Of a DNA stretch of 64,000 nt, positions 11,596 to 21,982 are shown piece by piece (within the stretch, counting starts at the first letter, position 1; every line of letters starts with the position of its first letter). Below the pieces are notes generated by a model. It had not been told where the DNA came from and made no database searches. It saw nothing but the letters and a program-made list of their open reading frames with translations. Both the position numbers and the translations under genes were made by a program. Origin of the DNA: an uncultured archaeon (GTDB taxonomy: Archaea > Asgardarchaeota > Lokiarchaeia > Sigyniarchaeales > SOKP01); assembly GCA_964388035.1 (NCBI GenBank), contig CAYLZE010000003.1, positions 32,001 to 96,000 of the forward strand, given 5' to 3'.

Positions 11596-12102
11596 TCAGC
11601 TTGTTAAAAGTAGTTTTCCACTTTTAACATATTTGCTGGCAAGGATCTCTTTTTCTCCAAAAGAAAGAGAGGTGTATAAACTTACACCATTTGGAAGCGA
11701 TTTAATGGTTTGTCTATCTAATGATTGAACAAAGGGATTAAAGAGAGTATGATGGCTAAACTCCATGCATTTAGCACATTCATTCACACCTTCAATTGTA
11801 ATGGGCAAGATTTTGCAGCAAGAGCAATATCCATAAATTTTAATTGTACTTTTATAAGGAAAGTCTAACAAGGTCCTAAAATGGTGCATTACTCGTTTTT
11901 TGGAGATTAAGCTCTCTAAGATAAATAATTTCCCTTTCTTTTTAATAATTTGAATATATTCCATTACACGATCCGTTACACTCATTATCTGTAGGATTTC
12001 TGAGGTAATTAGAAACCTTTCTTCCAAATCCAGTCGAAAAAGATCCATGTGACCCAAAAATAATTGCTCTATTCTTTTGTCTAATCTTTTAAAGAGTTTC
12101 AT
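11596..12102 (-). CDS. Hypothetical protein with putative Zn-binding motif
   Basis: CSCC...CAKC...HH; the GTG start in the ORF track is part of the GGTGA RBS, so ATG at 12102 is preferred. Confidence 0.6.
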   Translation of the reverse strand: MKLFKRLDKRIEQLFLGHMDLFRLDLEERFLITSEILQIMSVTDRVMEYIQIIKKKGKLFILESLISKKRVMHHFRTLLDFPYKSTIKIYGYCSCCKILPITIEGVNECAKCMEFSHHTLFNPFVQSLDRQTIKSLPNGVSLYTSLSFGEKEILASKYVKSGKLLLTS

Positions 12103-12430
12103 ATTCATTTTCACCTTATAATGTTGTTAAAAATAAAGATAAAGAGAATTTTAAAAAATAGACGGATTGTAAGTTTTCTGATTCATCTTAAACTTTTTTT
12201 GAAATAAGGAAAATCTTTTTAAAAATGCAAGTAGTTATCCATTTTTCGAAGATAATCACTGTATTCAAATTTACCAAATTTCATTAAGATTACTTTATAG
12301 GTTTTTAAAAGGGATTGCACTTAAATAAAAATTATAACACTTTAGTTTTTTAGCAGCAACTGCTTATAACACAATGCTTATCTTTTTTACTAATTATCAT
12401 TAAAAGGGGGGTTGAAAAGGCAGATTCAAG

Positions 12431-12846
12431 TTGTTAAATATTTATATTATAGCTCAAGATGGCATTCCCTTATTTATTTATCACAATAATCCCAAGAGTA
12501 AACGTGATAACGAAGAACTCTTAGGAAAGTTAATTCTAAGTCTGGAACAATTTGCTAATGAACTGCAATCGAAGTTCACGTTATGACTATGGACAAATCA
12601 TGCTTTTATACAATAAAAGATTCTTCCAGCAAACTATCTTTTATTATTGAAACATATAAGAATCCTGATGATCAATTTATTGAAGAACTCTTAATCTCGT
12701 TAAAAAAACTCTTTAATACTATTATTGAAGGATACGAGCGTCTAATAGAACAAGATTTAACCGTTAAATTTTCCACATTTCAAGAGCAATTAGATCAAAA
12801 ATTAGAAGAGATTTCAGGTGTTACTGGATTTTTAATGGGACTGTGA
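12431..12846 (+). pseudogene. Longin-like protein split by a 1-nt frameshift (or two coupled ORFs, 12431-12586 and 12583-12846)
   Basis: TTG ORF MLNIYIIAQDGIPLF...ELLGKLILSLEQFANELQ continues in the -1 frame as EVHVMTMDKSCFY; N-terminus resembles 52864-53712. Confidence 0.6.
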
Positions 12847-13004
12847 TCTAATAAAACGAGATTAATTAAAAATAGAAAATGTTGAAGACCATTCCTTTTT
12901 ATTAAGTGTTAAATTTATAGACCATTAAAATTTAAAATCTTTTTAATACACTATTAGCTTACATCAAGTAGAGAAGATTCCATGATTAAAAGGATAACAT
13001 TTAT

Positions 13005-13826
13005 TTACATCTTCGATTTTATCATCACTTCCTGCTTTTTTAAATGCCTAGCTGCTTGTCTTTTCTGAAAATGAACTTGTTCGGGGTCGATGAAAGCAAG
13101 AGCTTTTTGAGTTTGAGAGGTTGAAGGAAGAATATCGAGAAAATTTATGATATTATTTATTACTTCTTGAGGTTTTCCTGTTAAATCATAAAAATCAACG
13201 TAAAGATGTTTTTTATCTTTTACAAATGTATCTATACGTGAATAACCTTCTTGGATTACAGTTCGATATCTCTTCTCATCAAAAAATACATTGCCATGAG
13301 AAAGAAATTTCTTAAGAATTCCCCAACCCAGACCTAACAAGCGAACAATATTAAAATACTTAGACATGTATAGGATAGTCTGATACCAGTCAATGAATTT
13401 TGCGGCATTCAAATGTGATTTTACCACGCTTTCAATTTCACGCTTTAGAATGATATAATGAGGATTTTTTAAAAGATGCTCAAAATAGGGAAGAGTGTAT
13501 ATGCTAGTAACGTCCTTCCAACCCCATAACTCACGTTCATTCTTCATTATCGCGAGTTTGATCCAGGGTTCATAATATTTAACAGCTAACTTGACTTTCT
13601 TATCATTAGGAATATCCGCCCAGCTGAGAGAAAAACTTTGAGCATGATAAAGAATATTGAGGTTCAAGCCGTAAAAATCTTGGTTTTCATAATTTCCATA
13701 TTTATTTACGAACGATCTCCGAATTAACCCCGTAACATGACCCATTTGAATGCCGAGTCGTTGCAAAATGCCTGCAAGAAGGCTAGAACCACTACGAGGT
13801 AATGATAATACCACAACAGTGATCAT
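13005..13826 (-). CDS. Sulfotransferase family protein
   Basis: LSLPRSGSS PAPS-binding loop, GNYEN, WGWKD, R...V..S, FYDL..KP. Confidence 0.8.
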   Translation of the reverse strand: MITVVVLSLPRSGSSLLAGILQRLGIQMGHVTGLIRRSFVNKYGNYENQDFYGLNLNILYHAQSFSLSWADIPNDKKVKLAVKYYEPWIKLAIMKNERELWGWKDVTSIYTLPYFEHLLKNPHYIILKREIESVVKSHLNAAKFIDWYQTILYMSKYFNIVRLLGLGWGILKKFLSHGNVFFDEKRYRTVIQEGYSRIDTFVKDKKHLYVDFYDLTGKPQEVINNIINFLDILPSTSQTQKALAFIDPEQVHFQKRQAARHLKKQEVMIKSKM

Positions 13827-14093
13827 TGATTAAGATATAAAAAGAAAGAAAATAAAGATTATTATTTAAACCCCTTACTTATAATAAAAGGGTGTTATTC
13901 CTATTTAAAGTCCTTTTAATAAGAAATTATGAACGATACATGTTAAAAATTCTTACTCTTATTATTGGTTCATATAAAAAAGAAGAATAGTGAGATATTA
14001 AGAGCCCAACAAAAAAAATCGAAAAAAAAGGAAACTTATTAATTGAATCATGCCAATCATACCAAATCTTGATTTTTTATCCTTCTTATTCTT

Positions 14094-14495
14094 TCATTTC
14101 CCCGAATTGAATTGAACCATCCATAAAAAGCCAAACTTATCCGTTAAATCACCGAATGTACCAAAAAAGGTTTCGTTTAATGGATTGCCAATTTTCCCCC
14201 CTTATGAAAGCTTTTGAAACAATGTTTCAATCTCTTTCTTTGACCCACAAAGCAAACATAGAATTATATTATTTCCTCTTTGAAGCTTATCCGGTCCAAT
14301 AGTATCCGCACCCATGAGCATAATATTTCCCTTATTGATTGTTGCATGAAATATCTTGTCTTTCATTTTTGATGGAGTTTGGGAGGCCATAGGAGATTCT
14401 CCGTAAGTTTGAAAAGATGGTTCTTGCTCAAATACATCTTTATAAAACTCAAAGACTTCACGACAATTACCATCAAATCTTATATGTACTGTCAA
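14094..14495 (-). pseudogene. PhnB/VOC family protein with internal TAA
   Basis: FDGNCRE...FYKDVF...IFHATI...LMGAD...LFQKLS*GGKIGNPLNETFFGTFGDLTDKFGFLWM; the conserved C-terminus continues in frame past TAA 14202-14204. Confidence 0.8.
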
Positions 14496-14930
14496 GCGTG
14501 CTAATTTTATAACACCTCTTTTGAACAGAAAAAAAATTACTACAGTTAAACTTTAGATAGAGGTCTTTAAATTGTAAAAGTTAATAAATTATTTAATAAA
14601 TTATTTTCAGAGAAGATATGCTCGCTACCAACATGAGATTAATTTTAAAAGATCTTTTTAAAATATAATTTTATTCGCTTCATAAAAAAATACCTTTTTT
14701 TTAGGTTTTAATTTAAAAGACTAATTGCGAAAATTTTCTCAGGCTTTTATAAAAAAAGAAGTTATTCGTAACTAACTCAAAAAAAGTTGCCAATTGTCTG
14801 ATATAAAGAATGGTTAGTCAATTGTGTTTGTATTAATCAGTGAATATAGCATAAATTTAAAAGTATTTATATCAAGAAAGAAATAGATCCTATTAAATTT
14901 TAAAATTTCATTAGAAAGGGGATATGAAAA

Positions 14931-15659
14931 ATGTTGTTAAGTTTTGACTTAATGTTAATCGGAATTTTTACAATCATCTTCATTGTAATTCAGATCTTAG
15001 TAGGAATACGGATTATTTTAAAATTTTTTACATACAAAAAGGTCTTATTCATACAAATTGGTATTGGGTGGATAGGTGCATCAACCGTATGGATAGGAGT
15101 AGCTGTAGATTTCATTTCCGTTTTATTGTTTAACACACCAACACCCATTCAAGTGCATCTATTAATAATTGGTGGAGTACTCCCTTTCACTCAACTTTGC
15201 TGGATTGCTGCCATAACAAATCTTATTGAAATCAAGAAGTCCACGAGAAAATTAATGTTGACCATCGGTATTATTATAGCATGTATTTTTGCTCCAATAT
15301 ACATTTACATATCCATGACAAATCCCCTTGTTTGGGGTGAAAAGATTACCCCAATTCAACTGAAATTATCTTTTCTCAACCAAATCCATTATGCTATTGA
15401 GATTATTATTTTTATAGTACCTGGTTTATGGTTTTCAAAGGTTTCAATGGCTTCTAACCAGCCAGATATTAATTTGAAAGGAAAAATTCTATTATCAACA
15501 TTTTTAATTTCAATAATCATGACCTTGTTAGAACTTTTATCCTCCGGTTTATTAATGTATTTAATAGCACGAGTTATTGCCGTGTTGGTAGCAATCTTAT
15601 TCTACATCGGTTTCATGATACCAAATAGGGTAAAAAATTTAATATTAAAAAATCAATGA
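14931..15659 (+). CDS. Hypothetical 7-TM membrane protein
   Basis: 242 aa with about 7 hydrophobic segments, ends YIGFMIP. Confidence 0.75.
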   Translation: MLLSFDLMLIGIFTIIFIVIQILVGIRIILKFFTYKKVLFIQIGIGWIGASTVWIGVAVDFISVLLFNTPTPIQVHLLIIGGVLPFTQLCWIAAITNLIEIKKSTRKLMLTIGIIIACIFAPIYIYISMTNPLVWGEKITPIQLKLSFLNQIHYAIEIIIFIVPGLWFSKVSMASNQPDINLKGKILLSTFLISIIMTLLELLSSGLLMYLIARVIAVLVAILFYIGFMIPNRVKNLILKNQ

Positions 15660-15734
15660 TTTTCTGAATAATTACCCTCATTTTTGCCTTAAAAAAGGGT
15701 TGAATAAGAATATAAAAAAGAAAGAAGTTATTTT

Positions 15735-16340
15735 TTAATGAACTTTCCAATCATACACGCGTGGCCCAGCAAAAAGTAAGATAAGGGAACATATTAGAAT
15801 AGGTGCTCCGCCCCATCCATATCCAAAAATCTCCATTAAAATTCCCCAAATAAGCATCCATGGAAATTTAACATCCCCTATTATAAATACATCATTATAT
15901 AAAAAATCCCAGTCTTTTTTAGAGCAGGGCTCTGAAAATCGTGGTTTGACAAAATTGATTGTTAAAATTAACACGATAATTCCATTGACAATAGCGGAAA
16001 TACTGGTCAAGATCGAATAGCTTGAATAAGAAAGAGCTCCGATTACTAAATTAGAGATCCCTCCTATTAAGGATATAATGGCATTTATTAATCCAATAAT
16101 CCACGCTAAGCTCCCCAACACGGAAACAAAATTTTCCATGTTACTCCAATTGGGGTGAGCTCCTTCTCTTATTGGTGTACTTGTGGGTTTTCTTGATGGA
16201 CTTGGTTGAGGCGAGATAGTAGCACGATTTGTAAGCGACATCTCTTTATCCTCCATCGTGTCATAACCACATAAATCACAATATCTATTAGACTTTTCCA
16301 TTTTATTCCCACATTCCGGGCAATACTTATTTTCGCTCAT
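15735..16340 (-). CDS. Zinc-ribbon + membrane domain protein
   Basis: N-terminal CPECG...CDLCG, Pro/Ser linker, membrane domain paralogous to 16536-16997. Confidence 0.8.
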   Translation of the reverse strand: MSENKYCPECGNKMEKSNRYCDLCGYDTMEDKEMSLTNRATISPQPSPSRKPTSTPIREGAHPNWSNMENFVSVLGSLAWIIGLINAIISLIGGISNLVIGALSYSSYSILTSISAIVNGIIVLILTINFVKPRFSEPCSKKDWDFLYNDVFIIGDVKFPWMLIWGILMEIFGYGWGGAPILICSLILLFAGPRVYDWKVH

Positions 16341-16535
16341 ATCTCTCACGATTTTGTTTTATTATGATAAGATAAGATGTAATTTATTTTTTATATATTA
16401 TTATTGGATCAACTAAAGTAATTGATTTGTGGTTAAAAAAGAAATTTAAAAAAAAAGTATTGTCAAAAGTCATAATTATATATTATAGGTTAAATAGAAA
16501 AATAAAAAAAAGAATAAAAAAGTTTAAATTAGCTC

Positions 16536-16997
16536 TTATTCAGTCCATTTATATTCCTGAGGACCAGCAAAGAGTAATATGAGTGCCGGAATAATGACGC
16601 CTGCACCACCCCAGCCATATCCGAACACTTCCAAAATTATACCCCAAATCAGCATCCAAGGAAGTCGAACACTCCCCAGCTTGAGAACATCATTATATAA
16701 CCTGTTCCAATCCTTTTTTAGGCAAGGTCTTGAAATTCGGGGTAAAACAATAATGAGAGATACCGCTATTTCAATGATACCCGAAATAAGATACCAAATT
16801 CCAACTCCTGATGTATAATAGTACCCGTATGCAGCTAACGCACCTAGGACTACCAAAATATATATACCCCAAATCAGATAGATTACACCAGAGACTACTC
16901 CAATTAACCAAGCCCATCCGCCTAAATTTATTACTAATTTCCCTAAACCGCTATCATTCCAACCAGCTGATGGTTGGCTTTTTTTACTTTGACTCAT
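16536..16997 (-). CDS. Membrane protein, tandem paralog of adjacent gene lacking the zinc ribbon
   Basis: Shared KDW..LYNDV...PWMLIWGI..E.FGYGWGGA...LILLFAGP motif. Confidence 0.8.
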   Translation of the reverse strand: MSQSKKSQPSAGWNDSGLGKLVINLGGWAWLIGVVSGVIYLIWGIYILVVLGALAAYGYYYTSGVGIWYLISGIIEIAVSLIIVLPRISRPCLKKDWNRLYNDVLKLGSVRLPWMLIWGIILEVFGYGWGGAGVIIPALILLFAGPQEYKWTE

Positions 16998-17519
16998 TTT
17001 ATACACTTTTTTAATTATTTAATTCTTAATAATTAAAAATCATGTTTTACATGATTGGATCGTATTATTAATATAGATCTCTTATAGCTTATTTAAATCT
17101 ACCTTTTTATATTTAAAAGAAAAGACCAAAACGTTTATATAAATGCCTTTTTTCCTTAATAAATAAATTCTAAATTAAATTATAAGCAATATGGCTTCTT
17201 AAGAGCTGACTAACAATGAACTCTGAGATAAATTCCTCCAGAAAAAGTAAAGAAATTTCCTCAAGAATTTCAAAACCATCATAATATGTTATAGAGTACT
17301 TGAATTACTTAGCCCTATATCACTATTGGGCTATAGAAATAGGAATAATAATCGGAGTCCTTTTAATAATTCTCTCTTTAAAGGGTTGGGTTTAAATTTC
17401 TCATACTATTTTTATTAGATAGAATAGAAAAAGAATTTAAAAGACTACAAATACATCTTTTTTCGATTCAATAATTTTTATTCATCATTAATTTATCGTT
17501 AAAGGAAAGAGAATAGCAA

Positions 17520-17966
17520 ATGAAAACAAAAGTATGTTTAGTTCAAATCTTGGTAGAGGATTTGGAAAAAGCAATAAAGTTTTATAAAGTCGTATTTGAA
17601 TGGGATCTTTCAAAAAAGAGTCCTTATGATAAGATATTGGTGCAATCTAATGGAAGGGTTGCATTTTTGGATGCAAATGGGGTTTATATCGAATTGGTGG
17701 AACCCAAAAATGGCGAGAGATTAAGACTATTGCAAACTAAAGGTAATGGGTATATTAGATTATACGGAATTGAAGTTGATGATATTGAAGCATTTACCGT
17801 AAAAATAAAAAATTTGGGTATTAGTCCCGTGGATGGAGAAGGAAAATTGATAGAAAAATTCATACGAACAACCAGTAGAGGCGCTAAAGTGTTTATTATT
17901 CCTCCCGATAGGGCTTTAGGAACAAAGATAGAAATAATAGAATGGATTGGAAATTCAGGTCCTTAA
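17520..17966 (+). CDS. VOC/glyoxalase family protein (methylmalonyl-CoA epimerase-like fold)
   Basis: VEDLEKAIKFY, IELVEP, IEVDDIE, GTKIEIIE. Confidence 0.75.
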   Translation: MKTKVCLVQILVEDLEKAIKFYKVVFEWDLSKKSPYDKILVQSNGRVAFLDANGVYIELVEPKNGERLRLLQTKGNGYIRLYGIEVDDIEAFTVKIKNLGISPVDGEGKLIEKFIRTTSRGAKVFIIPPDRALGTKIEIIEWIGNSGP

Positions 17967-18115
17967 AATATGAAAAAACAATAGGAGATCATTCGGTTAA
18001 ATTCCATGCTTTTGTGGATATATCAATTAGATCAATAATAAAAAAAAGAAGAAAATTTTTTTTGTAAAATGGGCAGTTTCAATTTTAATTAAAAACCATT
18101 AATTTATTCACCCAC

Positions 18116-19495
18116 TTATTTTCCATCAGTTGCATCTAACCGTCTTTGATTTAACTCTTTAGCGATCTGTGCATTCAATTCTCTGGTTAAAGGATACCAA
18201 AATAATATTATGAGGGCACCTATAATGCCAAAGATTGCCGGCAGGGTAATATATGCCCAATATATACCTTGAATAGCGGTGGTAGTTTGTTCTACATTAG
18301 GAATGTATCCCGTAGCGGCTAAAATGTATCCCGGTATTGCAGCTCCTATTCCAAGTCCTGCTTTTTGAATAAAGGAAACGAGTGATGCAATTGCAGCTTC
18401 AGTTCTATCACCATGTCTCCATTCAATATAATCCGTGTTATCCGCTTGTAATCCATATCCTACTATGGATGTTAATCCGATTCCTATTCCCGTGATTCCA
18501 AATATCGAAAAAATTAATAGGAAATTTTCGGGATTTACGATAAGAATGAAAAAGTAAGGAATATTTGAAATTAACGCCCCGATTACCCATGTGTGTTTCT
18601 TTCCAAATCGATTTAGCATGGGAGAACCAATTACAAATCCAATAAGAATTCCCATGACAATGAATACTGCTACCAAGCCTATTAAATCAGGTCTCTTAAC
18701 TACGTACGTCCAAAAATAGATTCCCGCAGCAGTATTAGATCCAGACCCAATAGCCGTAATTAAGTTCGAAAAAAAATGGGTAGATACTGGTCTTGCACTG
18801 AGTATTTTTTTGAAATCTTTTAGCTTGTATCGTTGCGTTGCTATTGGTTTAATTCTCTCTTTTACTCCCCATGCCCCTATGAATGAGCATACAAAAATAA
18901 AAATAGCGGTTCCAACAATCAATGTATGATATCCTTGCGCGATAGTAGGAAAGCTCGTCACAAATGGAATGGTTATAACAGTAAAAATGACAGTACCAGC
19001 TATATAACCAACGCTCTTGATAATTGTAAGAGTATTCCTATCTTTTCCTGTCTCAGTCATTACAGGAATTAGAGAATTTAGAGGAATATCCATCATATCA
19101 AAAGTAATGCCAATTAAAAAGTAGGATATATATGCAATAAGTAATTTTCCAGCTATCACTAAACTGGGACCCAACCAAAGTAAAATAAAATTCAAGGAAC
19201 ATATAAGACTTCCTATGGCAAGGTATGGTCGGAATTTGCCCCATTTGGTACGGGGAAGATGATCAATGATAAAACCCATTAGAGGATCATTAAATGCATC
19301 GATGACGCGTGCAATGATGAATAAGGTGGCCACTGCCGCGGGGTTAAGACCAACTACATCCGTGTAAAAGATTAATAGAAACGTACCTATTAACGTCATA
19401 AGCGGGATGTTCCCGATATTGCCTATGAAAAAAGTAATTTTTTCTTTCGCATTTAATACACTTTTTTTCGAATTTAAAGTGCTTGATTCCTCCAT
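18116..19495 (-). CDS. GPH-family (MelB-like) MFS sugar:cation symporter
   Basis: FYTDVVGL, DAFNDPLMG..D...TKWGKFRPY, ADNTDYIEW, YPLT. Confidence 0.9.
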   Translation of the reverse strand: MEESSTLNSKKSVLNAKEKITFFIGNIGNIPLMTLIGTFLLIFYTDVVGLNPAAVATLFIIARVIDAFNDPLMGFIIDHLPRTKWGKFRPYLAIGSLICSLNFILLWLGPSLVIAGKLLIAYISYFLIGITFDMMDIPLNSLIPVMTETGKDRNTLTIIKSVGYIAGTVIFTVITIPFVTSFPTIAQGYHTLIVGTAIFIFVCSFIGAWGVKERIKPIATQRYKLKDFKKILSARPVSTHFFSNLITAIGSGSNTAAGIYFWTYVVKRPDLIGLVAVFIVMGILIGFVIGSPMLNRFGKKHTWVIGALISNIPYFFILIVNPENFLLIFSIFGITGIGIGLTSIVGYGLQADNTDYIEWRHGDRTEAAIASLVSFIQKAGLGIGAAIPGYILAATGYIPNVEQTTTAIQGIYWAYITLPAIFGIIGALIILFWYPLTRELNAQIAKELNQRRLDATDGK

Positions 19496-19610
19496 TTAGC
19501 ATCGACCTTCTTTAGGTTATATTAAGAAGGAAAATTAAGGTTAATATTTATAGTATGCGTTTAGGAGCAATGAATGATTTGAATGGAAATTAAATATGTT
19601 TAACAAATTT

Positions 19611-20411
19611 TTAATTTGAATCTTTTTGGCTAGTCAAATCCTTAATTAGAATTTCGGGATGATGATATCTGTCATCGTAAACTCGTTTTCCTTGATATTT
19701 AATAGCCTTCTCGGGACAATAATTAATACATGATAAACATTGTTGGCAATCATGCTGCCATTGGGGTTTTCCATCAATTAAAATAATATTATTTACCGGA
19801 CATATTCTCTCACAAATTCCACAACTGGTGCAATTTTCGTCAATGTAGAATTTATCATCGCTTGCATTTACCAAGTCATGAAAATTTTCATTGATTCTTT
19901 TAAATCTCCTATAATATTTTTGATCTCGTGCTTTTGCTTGATATGATTTGTTTTGTTTGATAAGTTCAGAGACTTTTTTAACGTTTTTGGATGCATTTTC
20001 AAACAATTCTTTTTGCTCTTCTTCAGTTGGAGCGGGATATCCAATAATAAAATTATTAGGCATCATGATCGCAAATTCTAAATCAAGAGTTTTGGATTTA
20101 GAGTTAAAAATATTTCTCAATTGATAGAAGCAAGAACCGTCCTCATCTCCTGCTCGTGTAATAACGGCAAAATGATACCTAGTAAGATTCAAATCTATTT
20201 TTTGCAAAAAATCTTTTACGATTTTAGGAAGCCCATAATAATACAAGGGAAAAACAAAACCTACTTTCTCGGTTGTAGGAGTAATATTTTTCCGTTTCCG
20301 TTCTCGTGCAATAGGGATCAACTCACAATCTCCTAACTTATCGGAAATTTCTTTCGCAATTTTTAAGGAATTACCCGTGCCCGTGAAATAATAAATAGTG
20401 GTAGTAATCAT
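19611..20411 (-). CDS. Flavodoxin + 2x[4Fe-4S] ferredoxin fusion (EFR1-like)
   Basis: YFTGTGNS, FVFPLY, MPNNF, CTSCGICERICP, CQQCLSCINYCP. Confidence 0.88.
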   Translation of the reverse strand: MITTTIYYFTGTGNSLKIAKEISDKLGDCELIPIARERKRKNITPTTEKVGFVFPLYYYGLPKIVKDFLQKIDLNLTRYHFAVITRAGDEDGSCFYQLRNIFNSKSKTLDLEFAIMMPNNFIIGYPAPTEEEQKELFENASKNVKKVSELIKQNKSYQAKARDQKYYRRFKRINENFHDLVNASDDKFYIDENCTSCGICERICPVNNIILIDGKPQWQHDCQQCLSCINYCPEKAIKYQGKRVYDDRYHHPEILIKDLTSQKDSN

Positions 20412-20451
20412 TTAAGAGGTATAATTTAAATTTTTAAAAAAGGATTATTAC

Positions 20452-21918
20452 TCAAAACTCCTGATTGAATTCACCAAGAATTTCTCCGACATAGTATAAT
20501 CCTACTAAATTTCCCGTCTTCGGAAATTTTCGGGAGGTTAATAAAATAATCACGTGTTCATTCTCGTCCAGAACTCCCCTTTCAACGCCGTATTTTACGG
20601 ATTCTTCAATAATTTCTTCTGCTGCTAAATTGAAGAAATCGATGTTATCTATGTGAAAGGGTTGAACTCCCCAGACTAGATTAAGTTCGCGTGCAGTTCG
20701 CTGAAAAGGCGTCATGGCTATAATCGGCAAGGGGGGACGATATTTAGAAATCATCCGGGCACCATATCCACGTCGGGTAATCACCAAGATTTTCCCCCTA
20801 AAATTGAGACCCTCAATTTCTTTAGCTATTGCATGAATTGCATGCCCTAAGGTTTGAGTATGAGTTAATCGTGAGGAATCAAAATCATCCGGAATTCTTA
20901 AAGGCATGGCTTCAGTGGCGGTACGAGCAATTTTATTCATGAAGTTAACAGAATCAATGGGAAAATTGCCCACGGCCGTTTCTTCCGATAACATTGTCGC
21001 ATCTGCCCCATCATACACGGCATTAAAAACATCATTCGCTTCTGCCCGGGTAGGAATAGGAGCATTTGCCATGGATTCGAGCATTTGAGTTGCCACGATC
21101 ACGGGTTTTCCTTCCTTGTTGCATTTATAAATTAATTCTTTTTGTCTTAAAGGAACTTGATCGGGTGAGATCTCCACACCCAAGTCTCCACGGGCAACCA
21201 TTATTCCATCAGAAACTTCCAGAATTTGATTAAAGTTATCGAGAGCGATAGGGCGTTCAATTTTTGAAATTAATTTTATTTCATTATTTCCATAGTTTTC
21301 GATAATCCTTTTGACCCTCATTACATCATCTCCATCAGCGACAAAAGAAATTGCGACAAATTCGGGATTTAATTTAGTAATAACTTCAAGATCTTTGATA
21401 TCTTTTTCCGTGGGTACTTTTTGTTTTAAATCCCCCGAGGGGATATTCACGCCCTTATTACTGCTTATCGTTCCACTTGTTATTACTTCTCCGACGAGAT
21501 GATCACCCTCCTTGTTAACCACTCTAATTTTAATGATACCATCATTCACGAAGAAAACATTTCCTTTCTTCATGGAATTTAAGAAACCCGGTAATGGAAT
21601 GGAAAATTTCTCGTTAGTTCCCAAAATTTCTTTCTCATAGACTTCTACTTGTTGTCCAATGTTTAAATGGTATGTTTTATCATCCGCGAAGTTTCCAACG
21701 CGTATTTTTGGTCCTTGAATATCCGCCATAATTGCTACATGTTTATTTGTTTCTCGAATTCTTTTAACTAATTCTTTTTTTTCTTCATGAGTGCCGTGAG
21801 AAAAATTTAATCTGAAGACATCTGCTCCTGCATCTATAAGTTTTTGAAGCATTTCTTTAGATTCAGTTGCCGGTCCAAGAGTACAAACAATTTTTACCGT
21901 ATTCTCTCTAAATAACAT
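20452..21918 (-). CDS. pyk: Pyruvate kinase
   Basis: KIVCTLGPA, RLNFSHG, DIQGPKIR, ISKIE, MVARGDLGVE, ATQMLESM. Confidence 0.97.
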   Translation of the reverse strand: MLFRENTVKIVCTLGPATESKEMLQKLIDAGADVFRLNFSHGTHEEKKELVKRIRETNKHVAIMADIQGPKIRVGNFADDKTYHLNIGQQVEVYEKEILGTNEKFSIPLPGFLNSMKKGNVFFVNDGIIKIRVVNKEGDHLVGEVITSGTISSNKGVNIPSGDLKQKVPTEKDIKDLEVITKLNPEFVAISFVADGDDVMRVKRIIENYGNNEIKLISKIERPIALDNFNQILEVSDGIMVARGDLGVEISPDQVPLRQKELIYKCNKEGKPVIVATQMLESMANAPIPTRAEANDVFNAVYDGADATMLSEETAVGNFPIDSVNFMNKIARTATEAMPLRIPDDFDSSRLTHTQTLGHAIHAIAKEIEGLNFRGKILVITRRGYGARMISKYRPPLPIIAMTPFQRTARELNLVWGVQPFHIDNIDFFNLAAEEIIEESVKYGVERGVLDENEHVIILLTSRKFPKTGNLVGLYYVGEILGEFNQEF

Positions 21919-21982
21919 GTTATTTCATTTTTTTAAGGATAATTAATAATAATATAGTATAAGGGTTTTAAAAAACCATTCA

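Noticed and set aside
14582-14605. Tandem TAATAAATTATT repeat
   Set aside because: Only two copies of pure A/T sequence; expected by chance at this composition
17191-17394. Possible decayed small membrane gene and imperfect TAGCCC...GGGCTA hairpin
   Set aside because: Multiple stops and no recognisable family; too weak to support
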